A stretch of 64,000 bases of DNA from assembly GCF_032444005.1 (NCBI RefSeq), contig NC_091283.1:45756001-45820000 (forward strand), read 5' to 3'. The stretch's first letter is position 1. Every line of letters starts with the position of its first letter. A program made the translations under genes and the position numbers. The notes beneath the pieces were generated by a model that had not been told where the DNA came from, did not search any database, and worked only from the letters and a program-made list of their open reading frames with translations. This stretch comes from Ranitomeya imitator (taxonomy: Eukaryota). Below are positions 47,566 through 60,434 of this stretch, piece by piece.

Positions 47566-49700
47566 TCGCACACCTCTAGGATTGGTGTCTTGGGGTCTCG
47601 CACACCTCTAGGATTGGTGTCTTGGGGACTTGCACACCTCTGGGATTGGTGTCTTTGGGCCTTGCACACCTCTGGGATTGGTGTCTGGGGGCCTCGCACA
47701 CCTCTGGGATTGGTGCCTGGCACACCTCTAGGATTGGTGTCTTGGGGCCTCGCACACCTCTAGGATTGGGGTCTGGCACACCTCTAGAATTGGTGTCTTT
47801 GGGCATCGCACACCTCTAGGATTGGGGTCTGGCACACCTCTAGGATTGGTGTCTGGGGGCCTCTCACACCTCTGGGATTGGTGTCTTGGGGCCTCGCACA
47901 CCTCTGGGATTGGTGCCTGGCACACCTCTAGGATTGGTGTCTTGGGGCCTCGCACACCTCTAGGATTGGTGTCTGGGGGCCTCTCACACCTCTGGGATTG
48001 GTGTCTTGGGGCCTCGCACACCTCTGGGATTGGTGCCTGGCACACCTCTAGGATTGGTGTCTTGGGGCCTCGCACACCTCTAGGATTGGGGTCTGGCACA
48101 CCTCTAGAATTGGTGTCTTGGGGCATCGCACACCTCTAGGATTGGTGTCTTGGGGCCTCGCACACCTCTAGGATTGGTGTCTGGGGGCCTCGCACACCTC
48201 TGGGATTGGTGTCTTGGGGCCTCGCACACCTCTAGGATTGGTGTCTTGGGGCCTCGCACACCTCTGGGATTGGTGTCTGGGGGCCTCGCACACCTCTGGG
48301 ATTGGTGTCTGGGGGCCTCGCACACCTCTGGGATTGGTGTCTGGGGGCCTCGCACACCTCTGGGATTGGTGTCTGGGGGCCTCGCACACCTCTGGGATTG
48401 GTGTCTGGGGGCCTCGCACACCTCTGGGATTGGTGTCTGGGGGCCTCGCACACCTCTGGGATTGGTGTCTGGGGGCCTCGCACACCTCTGGGATTGGTGT
48501 CTGGGGGCCTCGCACACCTCTGGGATTGGTGTCTGGGGGCCTCGCACACCTCTGGGATTGGTGTCTGGGGGCCTCGCACACCTCTGGGATTGGTGTCTGG
48601 GGGCCTCGCACACCTCTGGGATTGGTGTCTGGGGGCCTCGCACACCTCTGGGATTGGTGTCTGGGGGCCTCGCACACCTCTGGGATTGGTGTCTGGGGGC
48701 CTCGCACACCTCTGGGATTGGTGTCTGGGGGCCTCGCACACCTCTGGGATTGGTGTCTGGGGGCCTCGCACACCTCTGGGATTGGTGTCTGGGGGCCTCG
48801 CACACCTCTGGGATTGGTGTCTGGGGGCCTCGCACACCTCTGGGATTGGTGTCTGGGGGCCTCGCACACCTCTGGGATTGGTGTCTGGGGGCCTCGCACA
48901 CCTCTGGGATTGGTGTCTGGGGGCCTCGCACACCTCTGGGATTGGTGTCTGGGGGCCTCGCACACCTCTGGGATTGGTGTCTGGGGGCCTCGCACACCTC
49001 TGGGATTGGTGTCTGGGGGCCTCGCACACCTCTGGGATTGGTGTCTGGGGGCCTCGCACACCTCTGGGATTGGTGTCTGGGGGCCTCGCACACCTCTGGG
49101 ATTGGTGTCTGGGGGCCTCGCACACCTCTGGGATTGGTGTCTGGGGGCCTCGCACACCTCTGGGATTGGTGTCTGGGGGCCTCGCACACCTCTGGGATTG
49201 GTGTCTGGGGGCCTCGCACACCTCTGGGATTGGTGTCTGGGGGCCTCGCACACCTCTGGGATTGGTGTCTGGGGGCCTCGCACACCTCTGGGATTGGTGT
49301 CTGGGGGCCTCGCACACCTCTGGGATTGGTGTCTGGGGGCCTCGCACACCTCTGGGATTGGTGTCTGGGGGCCTCGCACACCTCTGGGACTGCTGTATTG
49401 GAGCCTTGCACACCTCTAGGATTGGTGTCTTTGTGCATCGCACACCTCTAGGATTGGGGTCTGGCACACCTCTAGGATTGGTGTCGTGGGGCATCACACA
49501 CCTCTAGGATTGGTGTCTTGGGGTCTGGCGCACCTCTAGGATTGGTGTCTTGGGGCCTCGCGCACCTCTAGGATTGGTGTCTTGGGGCCTCGCGCACCTC
49601 TAGGATTGGTGTCTTGGGGCCTCGCGCACCTCTAGGATTGGTGTCTTGGGGTCTGGCACACCTCTGGGATTGGAGTCTGGGGGCCTCGCACACCTCTAGG
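47566..49700. repeat. 32-bp minisatellite with a homogeneous core
   Basis: Unit GCACACCTCTGGGATTGGTGTCTGGGGGCCTC; apparently perfect for ~35 copies at 48256-49389. Confidence 0.97.
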
Positions 49701-50689
49701 ACTGCTGTATTGGAGCGTTGTGGTGGATGCTGGTTTAGTTCCCGCTTCCTCCTCTCTTGTGTTTATTCCATACTCCTCTGCACTGCAGTAATTAGAGATT
49801 GCTCCCCTCGCCTGCCGGCAGTCGTCCCCTCTAGGTGGCCGGTGGATCATCAGAATCATCTCTTGGTAATTGACTGCCCATTTTATCACATTCGTCATTT
49901 CCAGGCAGCACACAGCTCTGCAGACCGTGCAGTTTCCTGCCAGCTCTTCCCAGCATGTAATTGACCAAATGCTCCACTTCTCCCTAATGTGACGAGGTGT
50001 CTGCGCAGTGAGGCAGGGATATGGCCGGCTGCCCCCGGCCTTGGCTGCTGGTTATACTTGAGTGAGGTACGAGGAAAGCTGGGCCTCAGTGTCGCACTGC
50101 CTGTGCTGATTGGGGATTGTCAGTCTCTTTAGGGGCCATGCCCCACAGACTGGGGTGAGTGATAATGTCCATTTGTTTATTAATATATTTCCAGGAGGAA
50201 CAACAGAGGAACAATGTTAAAAATCAAATGCACTATAATAGTTCTACCTGTGCCGACCGTACAGACATCCTGCATTACCGTCATCCTCCACCCCAGTGTT
50301 TGGCGACATGTCGCCTCCTCCGTGCTGTCGCGCACCTCTCTACTACCCCACGTCCACACACCGCACGTCTGGCTCTGCTGCTCCGTCCTGTCCTTGTGGG
50401 TTCTCAGCTGAGACGGTGCCAAATATCGAGAAGATTACACTCTGCAGATATTAGGATCCCAGGTGGTGGAGAACGCAGCGCCATTATTTCTGACTCTTTT
50501 TTTTCCATCTCTGTACAAATCTCAGTCCCAGCTGGAGAGGATCTCGTATCTTGTCTGATCGCACGTCTCTGGTGAATACTGATGTTACTGGCGGATTCCT
50601 GCCTGTGGCGGTGCCGAGTCCATGTCCCATAGCGCCCGGCAGTCAATGTCACCCTGCAGTGATGCCTCATATCTGCCGTATGTTACCCC

Positions 50690-53600
50690 ATAAAATGAGG
50701 ATATCCATGTCCCACACCTGCCTATATTACCCTATAGTGGGAGGATATCCACGTCCCACACCTGCCTATATTACCCTATAGTAGGAGGATATCCATGTCC
50801 CACTCCTGCCTATATCACCCTAAGTGGGAGGAGGATATCCACGTCCAACATCTGCCTATATTACCCTATAGTAGGAGGATATCCACGTCCCATATCTGCG
50901 TATATTACCCTATAGTGGGAGGAGAATATCCATGTCCCACATCTGCCTATATTACCCTATAGTGGGAGGATATCCACGTCCCACATCTGCCTATATTACC
51001 CTACAGGAGGAGGATATCCACGTTCCACATCTGCCTATATTACCCTACAGGAGGAGGATATCCACGTCCCACATCTGCCTATATTACCCTACAGGAGGAG
51101 GATATCCACGTCCCACATCTGCCTATATTACCCTATCGTGGGAGGATATCCATGTCCCACATCTGCCTATATTACCCTACAGGAGGAGGATATCCACGTC
51201 CCACATCTGCCTATATTACCCTATAGTGGGAGGATATCCACGTCCCACATCTGCCTATATTACCCTACAGGAGGAGGATATCCACGTCCCACATCTGCCT
51301 ATATTACCCTATAGCGGGAGGAGGATATCCACGTCCCACATCTGCCTATATTACCCTATAATAGGAGGACATCCACGTCCCACATCTGCCTATATTACCC
51401 TATAGTGGGAGGATATCCACGTCCCATATCTGCCTATATTACCCTATAGTGGGAGGATATCCATGTCCCACATCTGCCTATATTGCCCTTTAGTAGGAGG
51501 ATATCCACGTCCCATTTCTGCGTATATTACCCTATAGTGGGAGGAGGATATCCACGTCCCATATCTGCCTATATTACCCTATAGTGGGAGGATATCCACG
51601 TCCCACACCTGTCTCTATTACCCTATAGCGGGAGGAGGATATCCACATCCCACATCTGCCTATATTACCCTATAATAGGAGGATATCCACGTCCCACATC
51701 TGCCTATATTACCCTATAGGGGGAGGATATCCAGATCCCACATCTGCCTATATTACCCTATAGTGGAAGGATATCCACATCCTACATTTGCCTATATTAC
51801 CCTATAGTGGAAGGATATCCATGTCCCACATCTGCCTATATTACCCTATAGGAGGAGGATATCCACGTCCCACATCTGCCAATAGGAGGATAGATATGTA
51901 CGTCCCACATCTGACATCTGCCTATATTACCCTATAGAAGGAGGATATCCACATCCCACATCTGCCTATATTACCCTATAGTGGGAGGATATCCACGTCC
52001 CACATCTGCCTATATTACCCCATAGAAGGAGGATATCCATGTACCACATCTGCCTATATTACCCTATAGAAGGAGGATATCCACATCTGCCTATATTACC
52101 CTATAGTGGGAGGATATCCCTGTCCCAGATCTGCCTATATTACCCTATAGAAGAAGGATATAAACATCCCACATCTTCATATATTACCCTATAATGGGAG
52201 GATATAAAATTCCTACATCTTCTTATAATACCCTATAGTAGGAGGGTATCCACGTCTCGCATCTGCCTATATTACACTATGGTGGGAGGATATCCTTGTC
52301 ATATCTTACATTACCCCATAGTAGGATATCCATGTCCCATATGCCCCTTTTGTTAGCCTATAGTGGGAGGATAGCCATGTCTCATCTATCACTTATGTTA
52401 CCCTATACTGAGAGGATAGCCGTGTCTCATGTACCCCTTATGTTACCCAATAGTGGGAGGATATCCACATCTCACATCTGTCTATATTACTCTATAGTGG
52501 GAGGATATCCTTGTCAGATATGCTTTGTTACCCTATAGTGAGAGGATATCCATGTCCCATATGCCCCTTATGTTACCCTATAGTTGGAGGATATCTATGT
52601 CCCATAAGCCCCTTGTGTTACCCTGTAGAAAGAGGATATCCATGTATCTTCTGCCGTATGTTACCGTATAGTGGGATGATATTTATGTCTCATATACCCC
52701 TTATGTTACCCTATAGTAGGAGGATAGCCATGTTTCTTATACCCCTTATGTTACTCTTTAGTGGGAGGATATACATATTTCATGTCTTTCGTATGTTGCC
52801 CTATAGTGGGAGGATATCCATGTCTCACATACCCCTTATGTTACCATATAGTTGGAAGATAGCCATGTCTCATATCACTTATGTTACCCTATAGTAGGAG
52901 GATAGCCATGTTTCTTATACCCCTTATCTTACTCTATAGTGGGAGGATATCCATATTTCATATATGTCGTATGTTACCCTATAGTGGGAGGATATCCATG
53001 TCTCACATACCCCTTATGTTACCCTATAGTGGGAAAGTAGCCATGTCTCTTATACCCCTTATGCTACCCTATAGTAGGGGGATAACCATGTCCTATATGC
53101 CCCTTTTGTCACCCTGTAGAAAGAGGACATGTATCTTTCGTATACCCCTTATGTTACCCTGTAGTAGGAGGATAGCCATGTCTCATATACCCCTATGTTA
53201 CCCTATAGTGGGAGGATAGCCATGTCTTATATACCCTTAATGATACCCTATAGTAGAAGGATAGCCATGTTTCATATCTGCCTTATGTTACCCTATAGAA
53301 AGAGGATAGCCATGTTTCATATCTGCCTTATGTTACCCTATAATAGGATAGCCATGTCTCATATACCCTTTGTGATACCCTATAGTAGGAGGATAGCCAT
53401 GTCCCATATACCCCTATGTTACTCTGTAGTAGGAGGATAGCCATGTCTCATATACCCCTATAGTAGGAGGATAGCCATGTTTCATATCTGCCTTATATTA
53501 CCCTATAGTAGGAGGATAGCCATGTCTCATATGCCCCTTATGTTACCCTATAGTAGGAGGGTAACCATTTCTCATATGCCCCTTATGTTACCCTATAGTA

Positions 53601-53772
53601 GGAGGGTAGCTATGTCTCATATGCCCCTTATGTTACCCTATAGTAGGAGGGTAGCCATGTCTTGTCTATCACTTATGTTACCCTATAGTAGGAGGGTAGC
53701 CATGTTTCATATCTGCCGTATGTTACCTTATAGTGGGAGGATATCCATGTCTCGTCTATCACTTATGTTACC
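50690..53772. repeat. Degenerate ~42-45-bp minisatellite
   Basis: Unit GGAGGATATCCACGTCCCACATCTGCCTATATTACCCTATAGT, drifting to GGAGGATAGCCATGTCTCATATACCCCTTATGTTACCCTATAGT. Confidence 0.92.
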
Positions 53773-54122
53773 CTTCAGCAGGAGCAGAACGTTGTCTTTC
53801 ATCTCCTGACCCCATGTATCGTTCTCCGTCTGTCAGCGTCGCCCTGAGGAGGGAAGGACAGTCATGTTGCCTTGTCTTCTGCTGTCGGTGTGTTTTAGTT
53901 TCCCCCTCTGTTTTCTCTCTCCTTATTTCCGTCCCCCTCCTTCCAGGCAGCCGGAGTGAGAGACAATTTAATAAAATGATGTTAAGAGAATCATTAAAAT
54001 TGAACAAATAGCTGCGTCTCCCCGTGGCAGTTCATAAAGTGAGCGGGTAGAGGACGGGAGGAGGCGGTGGGCGCGGGGAGCCGGGGGGTTTAATAATGTG
54101 GCGCTGTCTCTTCTCTCCCCAG

Positions 54123-54215
54123 CTCCAGCAATGTATCGCAGCCGCCCAGCTCTCAGCCCAAAAAATCTTCCACTTCTACCGGGACTCTGCCAGGAGGCGA
54201 TACTCCAAATCCTAG
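54123..54215 (+). CDS. EXOSC5: EXOSC5 exon 6 (last coding exon)
   Basis: ctccccag|[30 protein letters not shown]. All six exons total 645 nt = 214 aa. Confidence 0.97.
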   Translation, partial: LQQCIAAAQLSAQKIFHFYRDSARRRYSKS

Positions 54216-54320
54216 CGGGGGCGACCAGTGCACCGTGGCGAGGAATGACGACACCTCATCGGACTGAATTTTTTTATTTATTTTTTTTTCTCCTATAACA
54301 TTTTTTGCAGCGTTTTTCCT

Positions 54321-54326
54321 AATAAA
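54321..54326 (+). terminator. Probable EXOSC5 polyadenylation signal
   Basis: AATAAA ~105 nt after the stop, followed by T-rich sequence. Confidence 0.7.
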
Positions 54327-55763
54327 ATAAGCAAAGCTTTGGAAAAAAAAATCACGTCTGTTTCACTCTTTTTTTTTTTTTTTTTTTCATGCGTTTTAAC
54401 ACATTCAGTGCAGATTTTTCCATACCATTGTCTCTTTACCCCATCCTCACCCGTTCCCCCCAAAAATGCAATAGATTAAAAAAACAACAACTCTGCTTTA
54501 GGCCAAAAAGGTACCGCAGGTTACAAACAAAAAACACACAACTTAGGCATGCGATTTTAGAAATTTCATTCATTTTTATTCCTTTTTTTTTACGTGGGGG
54601 GAGGGGGGAAGCATCAAATGCGCTATATCTGAACAAGCCCTACTATTAAAAGTGGAAATTCCATATAAATTAGTCATGGTAGGATGTGAAAGGGGTTGTA
54701 AACAATAGGAAAAACATGGCTGCCTTCTTCTAGGAACAGAACAGCGCCCCTTCTGTCCACAGGTTGTGTCTGGTATTACGGATCAAGTGGTGTCTGAGTT
54801 GCAATACCAAACACAACCAGCAGGGGCATTTTTTTTTCTAACCCTAACACTATAAAGGAGCAATGATAATAATGTTTTGGGGGCCCTTTAAAGGGGTTTT
54901 GCCACCAAATACATCTCAGCACTGGGGGTAGGGGTCCCAAAGTCTCCTGTGTTAATGGATTGGCCAAACATACCAAAATCTACCACTCACATGGTGGAAT
55001 TTGGGACCCCTGCTCTCAAGATTAGAGGGGTCTTAGCGATTGAACCCCCAGTGATCCTCTTCATTTTGGGGTCCTTTTTTACTGCCCCCCCTCCCCCTCC
55101 TGACCTCTTTGCGCTGTATGTCTGTGTTATTTTCATGTGTGACTGGCCTTACCGGCTTCACTTTGGGTAAATCCTAATTAAAATATATTTAATTAATAGC
55201 ATTTGACACTTTTAATCTATTTTTGATGGAATAATTATTATGCGGCGGAGCAGACTGAGAATTGTTGGCTCGCTTCGCATCTGACCGGGAAAAATATCTA
55301 CGTTCCTCCAGACCCTGAAATATGGGGTATACACATTATGTAAGGGGGGTATACGCCGAGGACGGCCCCTGAATTTAGTCGTATAAAAAAAAAAAGTGTC
55401 AGCAGAGGGTGACAGATATTCTGGCTGCATCAATATTCCTGATTATACCGTCACAGCGAGGCTTATTATTTTCCTTACATCAAAGCACCAGCCATCAATG
55501 TAAAGTTATGTAGATGTATTTCCCAAGCAGCTGGAGCTTCGCTTATGATACAAAATTCCAAATACCCCTGCATAAATGTAGAAATATATGATGCAGACCC
55601 GGTCGCCGGCAGCCATCACTGGTGCTCGCTTCCTGCATAGCTTCATTATAAAGTTCAATGAACATAGAGCTCCCCCTAGTGGTGACTTCAGGCAGCTGGA
55701 ATTGTATCATTTAAAGGGCCTTTCCACAACTCATTTAGTGGTATGTCGTCATTTTATAATTGT

Positions 55764-55999
55764 GCCTATAAGTCTTCTCACACCAGCTGAGTCTCTTCAC
55801 CCCAAGGGTCATTGCCTATAAGTCTCCTCACACCAGCTAAGTCTCTTCACCCCAAGGGTCATTGCCTATACGTCTCCTCACACGAGCTAAGTCTCTTCAC
55901 CCCAAGGGTCATTGCCTATAAGTCTCTACACACCAGCTAAGTCTCTTCACCCCAAGGGTCATTGCCTATAAGTCTCCTCACACCAGCTGAGTCTCTTCA
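55764..55999. repeat. 50-bp tandem repeat x4.7
   Basis: GCCTATAAGTCTCCTCACACCAGCTAAGTCTCTTCACCCCAAGGGTCATT at 55764, 55814, 55864, 55914 and 55964. Confidence 0.92.
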
Positions 56000-58970
56000 G
56001 TGAGAGCCAGCGAGAAAGACTTTATAGAAGTCTTATAAAAAAAAATCTATCCTCCGCGTAAGGGTTAGCTTTTCTTTCATAGGTTCTAAAAAAGCCTCAG
56101 TTCAGCAGCTCTTCCTTCAATTCATCTCGCCGGATGACGGAAGGAACAATTGCGCTTTGAGACTTGTAAAGAACTCGTGTAAAAGGGCTGGGAACGTTAC
56201 TGACAGATCGTATCTATCTGTAGAGAAATACCGAATCTCCCCGGTGTGCCGCCACCCTCCCTGGGGAAGAATCCAGACAGGTTGATTGGATAATCTCCCT
56301 GATCTAATCTCATCTCCTCTCTTGTGTTAATGCGATGTGTTGTGTTCCTCTGATTGTGTACACACGATGCATCTTCCCCGCAGCCCTCCGTAAATCACTG
56401 TCCGCCTGCTGACAGAGCCCTAATAACCTATAAATCGTGCGCTGTCCTTGTGGGCAGATAATACATTGCCGCTGTTATCGGACTGGACTATAATAAGGTG
56501 CATTTATTGTCTGTGTTCTGATCTGTGATGTCACCTCTGATATCCATCAGCAGGGCGCAGACCTCCTGGATGGCGCCAACATCAACACCGACGCCGACGC
56601 CGCCAAGCTCCAGATAGAAAATGCAAATCAGGAATTGTTTGGTTTTTTTTTTACGAATCCCTACCAGATGCCTTCAACCGCAGCTTCTCTCTTCTGTCAG
56701 GTGCGGCGGCTGGCTGCTGTCCTGCAGCTTGGTCATAGTCGCTACCTTACTGAGTACTGGGGGTGTGAAATGCGTTAGCGCTGTGCGGGGTAGAAGACGG
56801 TGACAGGTACCTCCGCCATCATCCTCCTAATTGTATGCCGCACGGAGACGTTTCCTGCTGTTACCGTTCTAAAGTTACCAAATTTCGAGCCCGTGATAGA
56901 GGGAGTCCATCAGCAAGACGGGTACAGTGAGGCTTAGTGATCTAAAACTAACGATCCAGACAACCATAACGGCAATGGAGGAGCCTGTCCTATACTATCC
57001 GATCCTGCGAGATCCTATCCCAATACATAGTAGGTGTAATAATAATAATATTAGCAAATACCTTCAATTAGAAATGTAGTATAGTTCTTCTGATTCACAT
57101 TGCAGGACCTTAGGTATCCAAATAGTGACAGCTAGCTGCTAGTGGACGTAACCACGGATACCTAAGGTCCTGCAATCCCTGCGCAGGAGAAAAGAGACAT
57201 AGCGAATCAGAAAAACTATACTACATTTCTAATTAGAGGTATTTGCTAACATAATTATACTTCCATATTGAGATAGGATCTTGGAGATGGGAGTACCTCT
57301 TTGAATGCCCTCCGTGCTCAAAGAAACACTGACATATTGGCCTCTCTGGGTTTGAAATGTGTTTCTCCCCAATTCTCCAGCTTAGTGGGTGCAATGGACC
57401 CTCTAGTTTAGCTCTATTAGACATTTTACAGGTGCCCTAATTTAAAGGGAATCTGTCACCAGGTTTATGTCACATAATCTGAGAGCAGCATAATGTGCAG
57501 ACTAACACCCTGATTCCAGTGATATGTCACTTACTGGGCTGCATGCTGTAGTTTTGCTAAAAAAAAAAAAAACCTTTTATCAGCAGGAGATTATTACTCA
57601 AGGACTAGTAATCTCCTGCCAAGTAGTCCTCCATATTCATGAGCTCTGTGTAACCCCACCCCTCTACTGATTGGCAGCTGTCTGTGTACACTGTGCGTAG
57701 GCAGAAAGCTGCCAATCAGTCATGGAGCATTCGGCATTCAGAGAATTGGTAGATCTGCAGCAGAGAAAACAGTTTTCATTAACCCCTTTACGTCATATGT
57801 CTGGTCCTTGCCTTTGATGCCGGCTCGCACACTGAGCCCGTATTTTTCCACACACATGATGGCTGATGGCACATGATGGCTAACGATAAAAAAAAAAAAT
57901 CCCAAAATTAAGAATTTTTTGCCTACCGCAACATAGCAATGAAATGCAATAACAGGCGATCACGACATCGTATCTACCTCAAAATGGAATCAATAAAAAC
58001 ATCTGCTCAGGGCGCTAAAAATAAGCCCTCACCCGGCCCCAGATCCCAAAAAATGAGAACATTACAGGACTCGGAAAATGGCGATAAAAGTTAAAAAAAT
58101 TTTTTTTTTTACAAATTAGCAAACTTTGTTTCACCACTTAAATAAAAAAATAATAATGTATGTTTGGTATCTTCATACGCTCTACTGACCTGACAGAAAT
58201 TCTCAGATAAATTTCGTGACCAAAACCATTTGCAGTCACATCCAACATGTGTTGAAGTCTATGGCAAGTGAGTTACGTACGACTTGTGAGCAGCAGAAGA
58301 ACGTCCAATACATGTGGAAACATTGGTGACGGTAGGTTGCACATTCCAAGGCTAATACCATAGGAAATCATTAGGCGCAAGGTTAAGATACACGGTGCAG
58401 CCTAACCCCAGCCAAAACTCATTGATATGAGAGCAAGCGGTAGGTGCCCTCTAGTGGTGGCAGCAGGCATTCAGAATTGATTTGGAGACCTGCTGCTCAT
58501 GACCACAGCAGGTGCATTTTGTTGCAGTCGGCGCAGCGTCCAAACGGCGCATGCGGAGGCATCCACATACAGCGTACGTCCCTGCGTACCCAATGTTAAA
58601 GATAAGTGCGCATGGAGAAGTAGGCAGAGCGTAGCATGGTTTCATGGAGGAAGAAGGGACGAAGTTTGCTGCCATCCGCAGCCCTCCCGTATACAGGTAT
58701 GAAACCAGCCTAAGGGACATATATACCAGGAGGGGGGATATGTATGCCAGGATAAGGGACGTATATTCACCAGGATAAGCACATATATAGCCGGATGTGG
58801 GATATATATATATATACTGTACCAGTATAAAGGACATATATACCAGGATGGGGGATATATATACCAGGATAAGAGACATATGTACCAGTATATGGAATAT
58901 ATGCCAGGATCGGACCCAGGATAAGGGACATATATACCAGGATGGGGAACATATACACCAGAGTGGGGAA

Positions 58971-60394
58971 TCTATAATATAATGCTAGGAGCGTCACTCT
59001 GTCCGAATCCTTTATAGACTGCGCAAGCACGACGCGCCTGTGCAGTCTGAACCCTACAGAGCTACGCATGTGGGGATGAGGATTGTGGCCGATGAGGATT
59101 GTGGCCCAGGAGGGTTGTGGCACCAGAATCAGCGCCTGCACAGTCCGTGCTTTCCGGCACCATTTTTTTACTGAATCTATAAGTAAAATACATCAGCGGA
59201 GCAATCCGGCCACTTTCTACTGAATATATATAGAAAATACGTCAGCGCAGCAAGCCAGTCACTTTTTACTGCACATGAAAGAATGGGGGCGCAGGATAGG
59301 TGCAGCACATACCAGAATGGGGGAGCAAGATGGGAGCAGCACATGACAGAATGGGGGCGCAGGATGGGGGTGCAGGATGGGAGCAGCACGTAACAGAATG
59401 GGGGTGCAGGATGGGAGCAGCACATGACAGAATGGGGCACAGGATGGGAGCAGCACATAACAGAATGGGGGCACAGGATGGGAGCAGCACATGACAGAAT
59501 TGGGGCGCAGGATGGGAGCAGCACATGACAGAATGGGGCACAGGATGGGAGCAGCACATGACAGAATGGGGGTGCAGGATGGGAGCAGCACATGACAGAA
59601 TGGGGGAGCAAGATGGGAGCAGCACATGACAGAATGGGGGTGCAGGATGGGAGCAGCACATGACAATGGTGGCGCAGGATGGGAGCAGCACATGACAGAA
59701 TGGGGGAGCAAGATGGGAGCAGCACATGACAGAATGGGGGCGCAGGATGGGAGCAGCTCATGACAGAATTGGGGCACAGGATGGGAGCAGCACATGACAG
59801 AATGGGGGAGCAGGATGGGAGCAGCACATGACAGAATGGGGGTGCAGGATGGGAGCAGCACATGACAAGATGGGTGTGCAGGGTGGGAGCAGCACATGAT
59901 AGGATGTGAGCACCATATGACAGGATGGGGGCGCAGGATGGGAGCAGCACATACAAGAATGGGGCGCATGATAGGAGCAGCACATGACAGCATGGGGATG
60001 CAGGATGGGAGCAGCACGTGACAGGATGGGGGCGCAGGATGAGAGCACTACATGACAGGATGGGGGCGCAGAATTGGCAGCACATACCAGGATGGGGCAG
60101 CACATACCAGAATGGGGGCGCAGGATAGGAGCAGCACATGACATGATTGGGGCGCAGGATGGGAGCACATAACAGGATGAGGGCACAGGAAGAGAGTAGC
60201 ACATGACAAGATGGAGGCACACAGAACAGGATGAGTACGCAGGATTGGGGTTGCACATAACAGGAAGGGGGCGCAGGATGGGGGCTGCACATGACAAGAT
60301 TAGGGCGTAGGATGGAAGCAGCACATACCAGGATTGAGACCATATAGCAATATAAATGCTCACCACCCGGGCGTAGAATGGGTTCAATAGCTAG
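58971..60394 (+). mobile_element. Non-autonomous Helitron with an internal ~34-bp minisatellite
   Basis: A|TC 5' end; 3' hairpin ACCCGGGCGTAGAATGGGT then CTAG|T; no TSD; internal GGGAGCAGCACATGACAGAATGGGGGCGCAGGAT repeat. Confidence 0.65.
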
Positions 60395-60434
60395 TATACT
60401 TATACCAGGATAGGCCCAGGATTGGGAACATATA

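Noticed and set aside
47466-49507. 400-aa periodic ORFs; CRISPR-like appearance
   Set aside because: Direct tandem 32-mers with no unique spacers and no cas genes, in a eukaryotic intron.
56500-56700. Coding-looking stretch (QGADLLDGANINTDADAAKLQIENA) and a minus-strand AATAAA at 56503-56508; TMEM91 expected here by human synteny
   Set aside because: No recognisable TMEM91 or other protein motif and no consistent splice frame. It could be a 3' UTR of a downstream gene but cannot be supported.
59177-60387. Cys/Pro-rich (keratin-associated-like) ORFs
   Set aside because: Antisense reading of the Helitron's internal minisatellite.
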